Assembly (NCBI GenBank): GCA_963701455.1
Contig: CAVPAE010000001.1
Coordinates: 84,841-148,840 of the forward strand
Direction of reading: 5' to 3'
Length of the DNA stretch: 64,000 bases
DNA from: an uncultured Gammaproteobacteria bacterium
Lineage (GTDB): Bacteria > Pseudomonadota > Gammaproteobacteria > UBA9214
Shown: piece after piece, positions 50,209-60,753 of the stretch
How the letters are laid out: each line of letters opens with the position of its first letter
Numbering within the stretch: position 1 is the stretch's first letter
Made by a program: the position numbers and the translations under genes
The notes under the pieces: generated by a model
What the model was told of the DNA's origin: nothing
Database searches by the model: none
Seen by the model: only the letters and a program-made list of their open reading frames with translations

Positions 50209-52208
50209 TTCCCGAGCTTGGCAACTTTGCCCTGATCCTGGCGCTGTGCCTGACGCTGGCGCTGGCGATCTTTCCCATGATCGGCAGCCTCAACAACACC
50301 CCCGGCTGGATGGCGATGGCCCGCCCGGCCGCCTGGGGACAGTTCTTTTTCCTGGCCCTGTCGTTCGCCTGCCTCGCGCATGCCTTCCTGACCAATGACT
50401 TCTCGGTGCATTACGTCGCGCTGCACGGCAATACCCAGCTGCCGATCATCTACAAGATTTCCGCCATCTGGGGTGCGCACGAAGGTTCGCTGCTGCTGTG
50501 GGTGCTGATCCTGAGCAGCTGGACGGTGGCGGTGTCGCGCCTGAGTCGCAAGCTGCCGATCGAGGTGGTCGCCCGGGTGCTGTCCGTGATGGGTATGGTC
50601 GGCATCGGCTTCATCTCCTTCCTGCTGTTCACCTCGAATCCGTTCGATCGCCACTTCCCGGTACCGCTGGAAGGCGGCGACCTGAATCCGCTGCTGCAGG
50701 ATTTCGGCCTGGCGATTCATCCGCCCATGCTCTACATGGGCTACGTCGGCCTGTCGGTCGCATTCAGTTTCGCCATCGCCGCCCTGATCGGCGGCAAGCT
50801 GGACGCCGCCTGGGCGCGCTGGTCGCGCCCGTGGACCACGGTTGCCTGGGTGTTCCTGACCATGGGCATCACGCTGGGCAGCTGGTGGGCCTACTACGAA
50901 CTCGGCTGGGGTGGCTGGTGGTTCTGGGACCCGGTGGAAAATGCCTCCTTCATGCCCTGGCTGGCGGCAACCGCGCTGATCCATTCGCTCGCTGTCACCG
51001 AGAAGCGCGGCGCCTTCAAGCGCTGGACGGTACTGCTGGCACTGACGGCCTTCTCGCTGAGCCTGCTCGGCACCTTCCTGGTCCGTTCCGGGGTACTGAC
51101 CTCGGTGCACTCCTTCGCCGCCGACCCGGCCCGCGGCCTGTTCATCCTGGTGTTCCTGTGCATCGTCGTCGGCGGCTCGCTGATACTGTACGCCTGGCGT
51201 GCGCCGGCCGTTTCCTCCGGCGGCGGCTTTGACCTGTTCTCGCGCGAGACGCTGCTGCTCGGCAACAACGTCCTGCTGATCGTGATCACTGCCTTTATCC
51301 TGCTGGGCACCCTGGCCCCGCTGGTCTATGACGCCATGGGCTGGGGCAAGATCTCGGTCGGATTCCCCTGGTTCAGCACGATGTTCGTGATCTTCACGCC
51401 ATTCCTGGCGCTGCTGATGGGTCTCGGACCACTGGCACGCTGGAAACGTCAGGACCCCGCGGACCTGGCGCGACAACTGCGCATTGCCCTGTTGCTGAGC
51501 CTCGGCGCGGGTGTCCTGCTCGCCCTGCCACTGCTGCATGACGGGTCGCTCTCGGCAGGTCTGGCCGTCGCGCTGTCCTGCTGGCTGGTTAGCAGCCTGT
51601 TCCTGAGCCTGCGGCAACGTCTCAAGTACCGCAAGGGCCTGGCCGGCCTGCTGCGCGACCTCGGTTCGCGCGGCAGCGGCAGCTACTACGGCATGCTGGT
51701 CGCGCACCTCGGGATCGCCGTGTTCATTATCGGCATTACTTTCGTGACCCAGTTCGATGTCGAAAAGGATATCCGCATGTCACCCGGCCAGACCGTTGAA
51801 CTGGCGGGACACACGTTCCGCTTTGACGGCGTGCAAGTGGTTCCGGGACCCAATTACAGCGCCCACCAGGGCACCATCCGCGTCTTCAAGGGTGGCGAGG
51901 AAGTTGCCCTGCTGCAGCCACAGAAACGCACCTACCTGGTCCAGACCAAGCCGATGACCGAGGCCGGCATCGATGCCGGCTTCACCCGTGATATCTATGT
52001 CTCGCTCGGCGAGGCGCTGGGTGGCGGTGACTGGAGCCTGCGGCTGTACTACAAACCGTTCGTGCGCTGGATCTGGCTGGGCGGCATCTTCATCGCAATC
52101 GGCGGCCTGCTGGCGGCCAGCGACCGGCGCTACCGGATCAAGGAACTGGCGACCGAACCGGCCGTCGCCGGCACGGCACGCAAGCTGGCATCGGCAGGAG
52201 GCTCCTGA
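50205..52208 (+). CDS. ccmF: Cytochrome c-type biogenesis protein CcmF
   Basis: It is a 667-aa polytopic protein with a WWD domain ([13 protein letters not shown]). Confidence 0.9.
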   Translation: MIPELGNFALILALCLTLALAIFPMIGSLNNTPGWMAMARPAAWGQFFFLALSFACLAHAFLTNDFSVHYVALHGNTQLPIIYKISAIWGAHEGSLLLWVLILSSWTVAVSRLSRKLPIEVVARVLSVMGMVGIGFISFLLFTSNPFDRHFPVPLEGGDLNPLLQDFGLAIHPPMLYMGYVGLSVAFSFAIAALIGGKLDAAWARWSRPWTTVAWVFLTMGITLGSWWAYYELGWGGWWFWDPVENASFMPWLAATALIHSLAVTEKRGAFKRWTVLLALTAFSLSLLGTFLVRSGVLTSVHSFAADPARGLFILVFLCIVVGGSLILYAWRAPAVSSGGGFDLFSRETLLLGNNVLLIVITAFILLGTLAPLVYDAMGWGKISVGFPWFSTMFVIFTPFLALLMGLGPLARWKRQDPADLARQLRIALLLSLGAGVLLALPLLHDGSLSAGLAVALSCWLVSSLFLSLRQRLKYRKGLAGLLRDLGSRGSGSYYGMLVAHLGIAVFIIGITFVTQFDVEKDIRMSPGQTVELAGHTFRFDGVQVVPGPNYSAHQGTIRVFKGGEEVALLQPQKRTYLVQTKPMTEAGIDAGFTRDIYVSLGEALGGGDWSLRLYYKPFVRWIWLGGIFIAIGGLLAASDRRYRIKELATEPAVAGTARKLASAGGS

Positions 52209-52738
52209 TGGCGCGTTATCTTGTGCCGCTGGGCATTTTCCTGGTACTGGTGGCGTTTCTCTACCGTGGCCTGAGCCTGGACCCCAAGCTGGTGCCTTCC
52301 CCGCTGGTGGGCAAACCCATGCCCGCCTTTACCCTGACGCGCCTGCAGGATCCGAACGCCACCATCAGCGACACCGATATCAAGGGCAAGGTATCGGTCC
52401 TGAACATCTGGGCCACGTGGTGCGTCTCCTGCCGCGCCGAACACGAGGTGCTGCTGATGCTGGCCGATACCGGCAAGGTCGATATCTACGGCCTGAATTA
52501 CAAGGACGAGCGCGCGGCCGCGCAGCAATGGCTGCGGCAACTCGGTGATCCCTACGTGGCCAATGCCTTTGACGATACCGGCCGCGTCGGCATCGACTGG
52601 GGCGTCTACGGCGCACCCGAAACCTTTATCATCGACAGCCAGGGAATCATCCGCCACAAGCATGTCGGCCCCCTGACTGTCGACGTCGTCAACGAACAGA
52701 TACTTCCGCTGGTAGCGGAACTGCAAGACTCACCATGA
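52208..52738 (+). CDS. ccmG: Thiol:disulfide interchange protein CcmG/DsbE
   Basis: It has WATWCVSCRAEH and is a periplasmic thioredoxin of 176 aa. Confidence 0.85.
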   Translation: MARYLVPLGIFLVLVAFLYRGLSLDPKLVPSPLVGKPMPAFTLTRLQDPNATISDTDIKGKVSVLNIWATWCVSCRAEHEVLLMLADTGKVDIYGLNYKDERAAAQQWLRQLGDPYVANAFDDTGRVGIDWGVYGAPETFIIDSQGIIRHKHVGPLTVDVVNEQILPLVAELQDSP

Positions 52739-53223
52739 TGAAAAAACTTCTCACTGTGCTGACTATCATCCTGATACTCGGCAGCGGACCGCTGCAGGCG
52801 ACCGCCACCCTGGAAAGCTTCAAATTCGACAACGCGGCGGCCGAGCAGGATTTCAAGGACCTCATTGCAGAACTGCGCTGCCTGGTCTGCCAGAACCAGT
52901 CACTGGCGGATTCCGATGCCGAACTGGCGCACGACCTGCGCGCCGAGGTTTACGCAATGGTGCAGGACGGCAAGAGCGATGAGGAAATCGTCGAGTTCCT
53001 GGTGGCGCGCTATGGTGACTTCGTGCTCTACAAGCCACCGGTAAAACCCTCCACCTACCTGCTCTGGTTCGGTCCGTTTGCACTCCTGTTGCTGGCGGGC
53101 TTGTTGCTGCTGCGCGCGGTACGCCGGCAGAAGCGCACAGCGACCACGGAGATTTCCGATTCCGACCGGAAGCGTATCGATGATCTCCTCGGCGAGAACA
53201 AAGACGGGGAGCAAAAATCATGA
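52735..53223 (+). CDS. ccmH: Cytochrome c-type biogenesis protein CcmH
   Basis: It has LRCLVCQNQSLADS with a CxxC motif, and a C-terminal TM segment. Confidence 0.8.
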   Translation: MMKKLLTVLTIILILGSGPLQATATLESFKFDNAAAEQDFKDLIAELRCLVCQNQSLADSDAELAHDLRAEVYAMVQDGKSDEEIVEFLVARYGDFVLYKPPVKPSTYLLWFGPFALLLLAGLLLLRAVRRQKRTATTEISDSDRKRIDDLLGENKDGEQKS

Positions 53224-54497
53224 CCGTATTCTGGAGCCTTGCCGCTGTCATGATCATGATAGCGCTGCTGTTCGTCCTCCCCGCCCTGTTTCGCAGCGGC
53301 AGGCCCGGCGCCGCCGGCATGGACCGGGACACCCTGAACGTCGAGGTCATCCGCTCGCAGCTGGCCGAACTCGAGGCCGATCTGCAGCTCGGCCGCCTCA
53401 GCCAGGACCAGTACGCCGCCGCGCGCCGGGACCTGGAGCAGGAACTGCTGAGCGACCTTGCAGGCAGCAGCAGCAGCGGCAAAACCCGCGGTGGCCAGTG
53501 GGCAGCCCTCATCCTGATCGCCGGCATTCCGCTGCTGGCAATGGGACTCTACAACCAGCTCGGCTCGCAACAGATCATACCGCTGCTGGCGCAAATGCAG
53601 GCCAACCCGCCGCCAAAGACGAGCACAGACTCCGGGGGCAGCCCCTCGGTGGAAGAGATGGTCATCCAACTGGCGGAACGCATGCGCAACCAGCCGGATG
53701 ACATGAAGGGCTGGGTGATGCTGGCCAGAACCTACGTCGTGCTGAAACGTTACGACGAAGCCGTCGACGCCTACCGCAACATCCTGCGCCTTGGCGGCAA
53801 CAGCCCCGAGCTGCTGGCCGATTACGCCGACGCCCTGACCATGGCCGCGGGCGGCCGCTTTACCCCGGAGACCGGGGAACTGCTGACACGCGCGCTGGCC
53901 GCGGAACCCGACAACATCAAGGCGCTGTGGCTGGCGGGACACTGGAAAAACCAGGAAGGCGACTACACCGCCGCCATCGATTACTGGAAACAGGCCGCTG
54001 CCCTGCTGCCGGCGGACGGTGAAGATGTCGTGGTCATCAATCAGCAGATTACGCGCGCCCGCGGGAAGCTCGGACTGCCGCCGCTGGAAACCACGCAAAC
54101 GGCAGCCGCCGCCGTAGAAGCACCTGTGGAAACGCCCGCAGCAGCGGCAGCCACGGCCATTCAGGTCAGTGTATCGCTGGACCCGCAACTCGCCGCCCAG
54201 GTCGAGCCCGACGACACCGTGTTTGTCTTTGCCCGTGCCGCCCAGGGGCCCCGCATGCCGCTGGCGATCGTGCGCAAGCAGGTCAAGGACCTGCCGCTGA
54301 GCGTATCGCTGGATGACTCGCTGGCGATGTCACCCGCCATGGTACTGTCGAAGTTCACCGAGGTCAGCGTCGGTGCACGCATTTCCAGATCAGGCAACGC
54401 CATGCCACAGAGTGGCGACCTGCAGGGCAGCAAATCACCCGTTGCCGTAGGAAAAGACCTGAGTGTCGCGGTGACGATAGACAGCCGGGTGCCCTGA
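53220..54497 (+). CDS. ccmI: Cytochrome c-type biogenesis protein CcmI (TPR-repeat)
   Basis: It has an N-terminal TM segment and a TPR-like helical domain. Its position after ccmH is conserved. Confidence 0.7.
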   Translation: MTVFWSLAAVMIMIALLFVLPALFRSGRPGAAGMDRDTLNVEVIRSQLAELEADLQLGRLSQDQYAAARRDLEQELLSDLAGSSSSGKTRGGQWAALILIAGIPLLAMGLYNQLGSQQIIPLLAQMQANPPPKTSTDSGGSPSVEEMVIQLAERMRNQPDDMKGWVMLARTYVVLKRYDEAVDAYRNILRLGGNSPELLADYADALTMAAGGRFTPETGELLTRALAAEPDNIKALWLAGHWKNQEGDYTAAIDYWKQAAALLPADGEDVVVINQQITRARGKLGLPPLETTQTAAAAVEAPVETPAAAAATAIQVSVSLDPQLAAQVEPDDTVFVFARAAQGPRMPLAIVRKQVKDLPLSVSLDDSLAMSPAMVLSKFTEVSVGARISRSGNAMPQSGDLQGSKSPVAVGKDLSVAVTIDSRVP

Positions 54498-54502
54498 ACC
54501 GT

Positions 54503-55183
54503 TCAGCGAACCAGCAACAGCTGTGAACGGATGGCAAGCCTCTCTGAAGAATTCGCCAGGTCGTCTATCCATCCCACCAGCTGGTACAGGAATACCACCG
54601 CCACCGGGTCCATATCCCGGCACTGCGCAAACAGGAGCCGGGTAATTTCGCCGCTGATGGCATCCGCCTCGGTATCGATGGCCATGACGTCCTGAACCAG
54701 CTGCCGGGCCGCCTCCACCTGCGCCCCCTTGAAGCCGGCCTCGACCACCTTCTCGATCGATTTCACAATCTCGTATGCCACCTCGGTGGTCGCGACGCAG
54801 CGATCTACCAGGTGTACGAGCGGCTTGTGCATGTCTTTGGGCACATCCATCGGCAAGTCCAGCAGCAAGGCAGTGATCGCCCGGGTCCGGTTGGTGATGG
54901 CCTCCTGCATTTCCAGCATATCGAACAGGTCGCGCCGTTCGAGCGGTATATCCCTTGCGTCAGGCAGACGCTGCTGCAGTTCTTCGAGCAACTTGCCGGA
55001 ATCGGCTGCCAGCTCGCTGACGCCTTGCCTGATTTCCTCCAGTGCCTGCCTGTCATTCCTGAAGCAGGCCTGCATGGCGTCCGGCAGGAAGGCAGCGCTC
55101 TCGGACGCGATACGCATGTGCTTCCTGATTGGCTTGTAAGGTGACCTGGCGAACTTCTTGCCGAACTTGATGGTCGTGGGCAT
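54503..55183 (-). CDS. Second DUF47 / TIGR00153-family (PhoU-like) paralog, not next to any transporter gene
   Basis: It is collinear with the 6902..7582 protein (MPTTIKFGKKFARSPYKPIRKHMRI...LYQLVGWIDDLANSSERLA). The start was placed at MPTTIKF. Confidence 0.6.
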   Translation of the reverse strand: MPTTIKFGKKFARSPYKPIRKHMRIASESAAFLPDAMQACFRNDRQALEEIRQGVSELAADSGKLLEELQQRLPDARDIPLERRDLFDMLEMQEAITNRTRAITALLLDLPMDVPKDMHKPLVHLVDRCVATTEVAYEIVKSIEKVVEAGFKGAQVEAARQLVQDVMAIDTEADAISGEITRLLFAQCRDMDPVAVVFLYQLVGWIDDLANSSERLAIRSQLLLVR

Positions 55184-55438
55184 TCCGTTATTCCCCTGTG
55201 TGAAGGCAGCAGCCCTGCCCGCCCTGGTATAGCTGTTTTTGGTGCAGAGACATTTACTGTATTTCCCGGTGCAGATCAAATTTAAATCAGCGACTGTCAC
55301 ATGCCTGTAACATGCGGCGGCCACTGGCGTTTCCCGGCGTGGCAGACAGGCATCCGCCCTGCATGCCGGCCAGCGGCAAATCGGTTACCATCCCAACACA
55401 CCGGATGAGTCCGCGAACCCGCAGCAGGAGCCGCCGTC

Positions 55439-56873
55439 ATGGGTAGCAGCAGTCATGAAAGCATGTCGTTTCGTGAGGGCGTTGACCGCATGGTCGACCG
55501 GGCCTCTCTCGCGATCGGCCTGAATCCCAATACCACGAAGGTCATCCAGGCCTGCAATGCCGTCATCCAGATCAAGTTCCCGGTCTGCATCCACGGCGTG
55601 ATCGAGGTGTTCACCGGCTGGTGGGCAATCCACAGTGCACACCGCCTGCCGGCCAAGGGCGGACTGCGCTTCGCCCCGGTGGTCAACCAGGACGAGACCG
55701 AGGCGCTGGCCGCGCTGATGAGTTACAAGTGCGCAATTGCCGACATCCCCTTCGGCGGCGCGAAAGGCGGCCTGCATGATCACGCCCGCCAACTACACGG
55801 AAGACGAACTGCGCGAGATCGTGCGGCAATTCACCATGGAACTCGCACGCCGCGACTTCATCAATCCCGCCACCAACGTGCCCGCACCCGACCTGGGCAC
55901 CTCGGCGCGTGAAATGGCATGGATCGCGGATACCTACAAGACCCTCTACCCGGACGACGTCAACCGTGATGCCTGTGTAACCGGCAAACCGGTCAACCGC
56001 GGCGGCGTTCCGGGACGCACCGAGGCGACCGGCAAGGGGGTGCAGTTCGCCCTGCAGGAATTCTTTCGCCACACCGAACTGGTAGCAAACGCCGGCCTCA
56101 GTGACGGGCTGGGCTCGCAGCGAATCGTGATCCAGGGCCTCGGCAACGTCGGTTACCACGCCGCAAAGTATCTCTCCGAGGAAGACGGGGCGAAGATCAT
56201 CGCCATCATCCAGCGCGACGGCGTCGTGGTGAACGAGGCAGGGCTCAATGTACATGACGTGCGCCAGCATCTGGCGGAGACCGGCGGCGTGAAGGGTTTT
56301 CCCGGCGGCAGCTACAGCCCGCAGGGGGAGCAGGCGCTGGAAATGGACTGCGACATCCTGATACCCGCCGCGCTGGAATCGCAGATCCACGCGGACAATG
56401 CCATGCGCATAAAAGCGAAGCTGGTGGCCGAGGCTGCCAACGGCCCCGTAACCTACCAGGCAGACGAGATCCTGCGCGAACGCGGCATCACCATCCTGCC
56501 CGACATCTTCGTCAACGCCGGCGGTGTCACCGTCTCCTACTTCGAATGGACCCGCAACCTGTCGCACATGCGCTTCGGCCGGCTGCAGCGCCGCCTCGAC
56601 GAGATGCGCGGCTCGAACTATATCGCCGCGCTGGAATCCCTGACTGGCAAGCAGGTGCCGGAGAAGCTGTGCCGCGAGATAAAGCGCGGCGCCAACGAAC
56701 TCGACCTGATCCGCTCCGGCCTGGACGACACCATGCGCATGGCGTTCCACGACATCCTGGAAATCATGCGGAAGAACCCGAACCTCAAGGACTACCGCAC
56801 CGCAGCCTTCGCCATCGCCATCACCAAGATGGCACAGTCCTACTACGAGATGGGACTGGCGGAACCGCATTAG
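55439..56873 (+). pseudogene. gdh: Glu/Leu/Phe/Val dehydrogenase (likely NAD(P)-glutamate dehydrogenase), frameshifted
   Basis: The N-terminal fragment ends at the catalytic Gly-rich motif (IPFGGAKGG). The remainder, including the Rossmann motif (GLGNVGYHAAK), is in another frame (ORF 55737..56873). Confidence 0.75.
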
Positions 56874-56879
56874 GCAATA

Positions 56880-57375
56880 TTCGCGGACCTCATACAATCG
56901 CGCCGGAGGACGGCGCTCCTACAGGTGTGTCTATTGAGTGTAGGAGCAGTCTCTTTATGCCCGTTCTTTGGGTACTGACCGCGATGCGGTTCTTTGACAA
57001 TCGCGCCGAAGGGCGGCGCTCCTACAGGTGCGTCTATTGAGTGCAGGAGCGGTCTCTTATGCCCGTTCTTTGGGTACTGACCGCGATGCGGTTCTTTGAC
57101 AATCGCGCCGGAGGCCGGCGCTCCTACAGGTGCGTCTATTGAGTGCAGGAGCGGTCTCTTTATGCCCGTTCTTTGGGTACTGACCGCGATGCGGTTCTTT
57201 GACAATCGCGCCGGAGGCCGGCGCTCCTACAGGTGTGTCTATTGAGTGTAGGAGCGGTCTCTTTATGCCCGTTCTTTGGGTACTGTCCGCGATGCGGTTC
57301 TTTAACAATCGCGCCGAAGGCCGGCGCTCCTACAGGTGTGTCTATTGAGTGTAGGAGCGGTCTCCTGACCGCGAT
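56880..57375. repeat. Tandem array of about 103-bp REP-like units (about 4.7 copies) between convergent gdh and antiporter genes
   Basis: Unit starts are at about 56894, 56998, 57100, 57203 and 57306. Each unit contains the hairpin CTCCTACA-N15-TGTAGGAG and the palindromic gcgccggaggccggcgc. Confidence 0.85.
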
Positions 57376-58868
57376 CAGTTCGAACCAGATTCTGCGTCCG
57401 GCTTCGTATCACTGCGCAGCGCCAGCTTCAGCAACGGCGGTGCAATCAGGGTCGTGACGATCACCATCAGGACGATGGCGGAGAACAGTTCGTCGGTAAT
57501 CACACCCAGGCTCTTGCCGATGGCGGCGAACACCAGCCCGACCTCACCGCGCGGCATCATGCCCAGCCCGACGGCGAGCCGGTTGGTGCCGCGGCCGGCG
57601 CCGAAGCCGCATATCAGCTTGCCGGCAATGGCCGCGACCAGCAGGCCGCCCGCCATGTACAGCACCTGGCAGTCCATGAAGGCCTCCAGCTTGACCTGGA
57701 TGCCCATGAGGATGAAGAAGATCGGCACCAGGATCACTTCCAGCGGCATGATCAGTTCCTTGATGCTGACCTTGTACTCGTCCTTCGGGATGCGGCAGTG
57801 CTTGAAGAAGGTATCGTTCAGGATCAGGCCCGCCGCGAAGGCACCGATGATGGTCGCCAGTCCCACCAGGTTGGCGAGCCAGGCCAGCACCATCACGAAC
57901 AGGTAGGAGGTAAACATCTTCGCTTCCACCAGGTCCAGCTTGCACAACAGGCGGATGGTAAAGCGCAGCAGGTAGGGCCCGAGAAACATCACGCCGGCAA
58001 TGAACAGCACCGCCAGCACCAGCACACCGAGGATGTTGGCCACGTACACACCACCCGAGACGATGATGCCCGAAACAATGGCCAGCATCAGCAGCCCCAG
58101 CACATCGTCGATCACCGCCGCGCCGAGGATGACATGCGCCTCGCTGGTGTGCTGCCGGTGCAGGTCCTTCAGCACCCGCGCCGTGATACCCACGCTGGTC
58201 GCACCCAGGGTCGCAGCGATAAACAGATCGGTATTGAGCGACAGTTCCGGCATGAAGATGCGGGTGGCCGTAAAACCGAGGATGAACGGCATCACTACCC
58301 CGATCACCGCGACACGGCTGGAGGCTCCGCCGACGCGGCGCATCTCGACGATGCTGGTATCCAGTCCGACCAGGAACAACATGAAGATGACGCCGTAGCG
58401 CGAGAACACGTCCACGGTGTGCGCCACCTGCAGGATCTGGCCGCCATCCGGTCCCTGCAGCACCCACAGCACCTGCGCGGCCGTCTCCGGTCTCAGGGTG
58501 GTAAAGGCCGCAAGATCGAGGGACTCACCGGCGATGACCAGCTTCTCCAGATCAAAAATCGAGGGCCCCTCGCGTAGCACCATGATCAGGTCGAAATGGA
58601 AAAAGTAGGCCAGGTTGCCGAGCAGTACACCCATGATGAGTTCGCCCAGCACCGAGGGCTGACCAAGGCGGCGGGCGGCGAAGCGTCCCAGGATGGCAAA
58701 GAACAGGATACCGGTCACCCCGAGAATGACCGGTGCGATCGGGTCGTTGTGCAGGGCGGCGAACGGCGTGGCGGCGGCCGGGCCGGAAGCGGCCAGCAGC
58801 AACAGAACGGCAAACCATCGGTCGATCTTCCCGGACCGGCTGGTTGCGATTCCCCGCTGGCTGTACAT
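57375..58868 (-). CDS. Monovalent cation:proton antiporter (CPA2 / Kef-NapA type)
   Basis: It is 497 aa with 12-13 TM helices, typical of cation/H+ exchangers. There is no C-terminal KTN/RCK domain. Confidence 0.65.
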   Translation of the reverse strand: MYSQRGIATSRSGKIDRWFAVLLLLAASGPAAATPFAALHNDPIAPVILGVTGILFFAILGRFAARRLGQPSVLGELIMGVLLGNLAYFFHFDLIMVLREGPSIFDLEKLVIAGESLDLAAFTTLRPETAAQVLWVLQGPDGGQILQVAHTVDVFSRYGVIFMLFLVGLDTSIVEMRRVGGASSRVAVIGVVMPFILGFTATRIFMPELSLNTDLFIAATLGATSVGITARVLKDLHRQHTSEAHVILGAAVIDDVLGLLMLAIVSGIIVSGGVYVANILGVLVLAVLFIAGVMFLGPYLLRFTIRLLCKLDLVEAKMFTSYLFVMVLAWLANLVGLATIIGAFAAGLILNDTFFKHCRIPKDEYKVSIKELIMPLEVILVPIFFILMGIQVKLEAFMDCQVLYMAGGLLVAAIAGKLICGFGAGRGTNRLAVGLGMMPRGEVGLVFAAIGKSLGVITDELFSAIVLMVIVTTLIAPPLLKLALRSDTKPDAESGSN

Positions 58869-59128
58869 GACCGTAACGGCTCCTGCTGTGATGGCTGAGG
58901 TATTGCACGCAACCGTGGCTGCCTGTCTACGTTACCACAATCGACCACCCTGCGAGCACAGGACACAAGGCACTGGCGGTCGCAGAACGTCGCTGCGTCA
59001 GTCTCGGCAAAGGCTTGCTTTTAGTCCGTGGGAACCATAATCTTTCGACAGGTTTTTCAGAAAGATAGCAAAGCATTCCTGAGCACGCTCAAACGTGCCA
59101 CGGGTTTCCAGAATCAGTTACCGGGGGG

Positions 59129-59635
59129 GTGAGTACAGTGCACGCACTGAGCCTGACAGCCAGCCTGATGCTGTTCTGGATGCTGATATCCGGCGACTTC
59201 GGCCTGCTGAACCTGGCACTGGGTCTCGCATCCGCCCTGCTGGTGGTGGCCATCTCACACCGCATGGACGTCGACGACCAGGAATCCCAGCCGTTTCACC
59301 TGTCCGCCCGGCTGCCGGTGTACTGGGCCTGGCTCGCCGTCAAGGTCGTCAAGTCCAACCTGGATGTCACCCGCGCCATCTGGACGCCGGGAAAGTCCAT
59401 CAGCCCGACCATGGTGCGTCTCAAGCTCAGCCAGCAGACTGCGCTCGGCAAGGTCATCTACGCAAATTCCATTACCCTGACGCCCGGCACGGTGACTCTC
59501 GCCATCGAGGGCGATGAAATCCTGGTGCATGCGCTGACCCGCGCCGATGCCGCCGTGCTGGAAACCGGGGAAATGGACCGCCAGGTGCGGGAACTGGAGT
59601 GTGGATGTTTATCACCGCCAGCATCTCGATCCTGA
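59129..59635 (+). CDS. mrpE: Mrp/Pha-type cation:proton antiporter subunit E
   Basis: It is 168 aa with two N-terminal TM helices. Its position heads the mrpF-mrpG genes. Confidence 0.65.
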   Translation: MSTVHALSLTASLMLFWMLISGDFGLLNLALGLASALLVVAISHRMDVDDQESQPFHLSARLPVYWAWLAVKVVKSNLDVTRAIWTPGKSISPTMVRLKLSQQTALGKVIYANSITLTPGTVTLAIEGDEILVHALTRADAAVLETGEMDRQVRELECGCLSPPASRS

Positions 59636-59907
59636 TCGTCATGGCGCTCGCCCTGCTGCGGGCGGTCATCGGTCCGACGGTCTATGACCGCATCCTGGCC
59701 GTCAACATGTTCGGGACCAAGACCGTGCTGTTCATCGCGGTACTCGGCTTTCTCAGCGGCCGCCCGGACTTCCTCGATATCGCGCTGGTCTACACCCTGA
59801 TCAACTTCATCGGCCTGGTTGCCGTGCTGCGCTTCTTCGAGTACGGCCGCATCCGCTTCATCACCATCCCGCCCGGTGCGCCCGGCGAAGACACGGAACA
59901 TGAATGA
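59599..59907 (+). CDS. mrpF: Mrp antiporter subunit F
   Basis: It is a 102-aa, three-TM protein (MWMFITASISILIVMALALLRAVIGPTVYDRILAVN). Confidence 0.7.
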   Translation: MWMFITASISILIVMALALLRAVIGPTVYDRILAVNMFGTKTVLFIAVLGFLSGRPDFLDIALVYTLINFIGLVAVLRFFEYGRIRFITIPPGAPGEDTEHE

Positions 59908-60229
59908 GTGGCTGGACATCGGTGCATGGGTCTGCCTGCTGGGCGGCAGCTTCTTCGGCATCAGCGGCGCCATCGGCCTGCACCGCTTTCCCGACTTCTA
60001 CACGCGCATGCATGCGACCGGGGTAACCGATACCCTGTGCGCCACCCTGATTCTCGCCGGGCTCATGCTGCAGGCGGATTCCGGGCTGGTGCTGGCCAAG
60101 CTGTTCCTGACACTGGCCCTGCTGCTGCTCACCGCACCCACCGCGACCCATGCACTGGCCAAGGCAGCCATGCACGGCAAGCTGCAGCCGCTGCTCGACG
60201 CCGGGGAGGAACCGCCATCAACATCCTGA
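59903..60229 (+). CDS. mrpG: Mrp antiporter subunit G
   Basis: It has LGGSFFGISGAIGLHRFPDFYTRMHATGVTDTL, typical of MnhG/PhaG. Confidence 0.7.
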   Translation, partial: NEWLDIGAWVCLLGGSFFGISGAIGLHRFPDFYTRMHATGVTDTLCATLILAGLMLQADSGLVLAKLFLTLALLLLTAPTATHALAKAAMHGKLQPLLDAGEEPPSTS

Positions 60230-60234
60230 TCGAC

Positions 60235-60753
60235 ATGGTGCTGCTCGGCTTCCTGACGGTCACCGTGCTGTCGGTGGTCTTCCTGCGCGACCTGTTTGCG
60301 ATCGTCATGCTGTTCGGTATCTACAGCTTCCTGGCCGCTGCCCTGTTCGTTACCCTGGACGCCGTCGATGTCGCCTTTACCGAGGCCGCCGTCGGCGCCG
60401 GCATCGCCACGTTCCTGATGCTCGCCACGCTGGCGTTGACCGCCCGTCGCGAGAAGACCCTCCCGGACCGGCCGCTCGTGCCGCTGCTGGTCATCGGCAT
60501 CGTCGCTGCCGCACTGGTCTACGGCACACTGGACATGCCGCACTTCAGCGACCCGGACGCACCCGCGCATACCCGCACGGCACCCCATTACATCAATTCC
60601 ACCAGCGCCGAGATCGGCGTGCCCAACATTGTCACCGCGGTACTTGCCAGCTACCGCGGCTATGACACGCTGGGAGAACTGACCGTGATCTTCACCGCGG
60701 GCATCGGCGTCCTCGCCCTGCTCGGCTACCGCAAGCGCCGGGGGAAAGCCTGA
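60235..60753 (+). CDS. DUF4040 (MnhB N-terminal-like) membrane protein
   Basis: It is about 172 aa with 4 TM helices. It lies between mrpG and mrpB, as in Mbh/Mbx-like Mrp operons. Confidence 0.5.
   Translation: MVLLGFLTVTVLSVVFLRDLFAIVMLFGIYSFLAAALFVTLDAVDVAFTEAAVGAGIATFLMLATLALTARREKTLPDRPLVPLLVIGIVAAALVYGTLDMPHFSDPDAPAHTRTAPHYINSTSAEIGVPNIVTAVLASYRGYDTLGELTVIFTAGIGVLALLGYRKRRGKA

Noticed and set aside
56870-57308. ORFs 56870..57205 and 57057..57308 (minus strand), repetitive proteins ending IAPKAGAPTGVSIECRSGLLTAI
   Set aside because: They lie entirely within the 103-bp tandem repeat array, and their periodic amino-acid sequence is an artefact of translating the repeat.
56880-57375. Possible CRISPR array
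   Set aside because: The units are contiguous, about 103-bp near-identical copies with no unique spacers, and no cas genes are present. This is a tandem REP-like array, not CRISPR.
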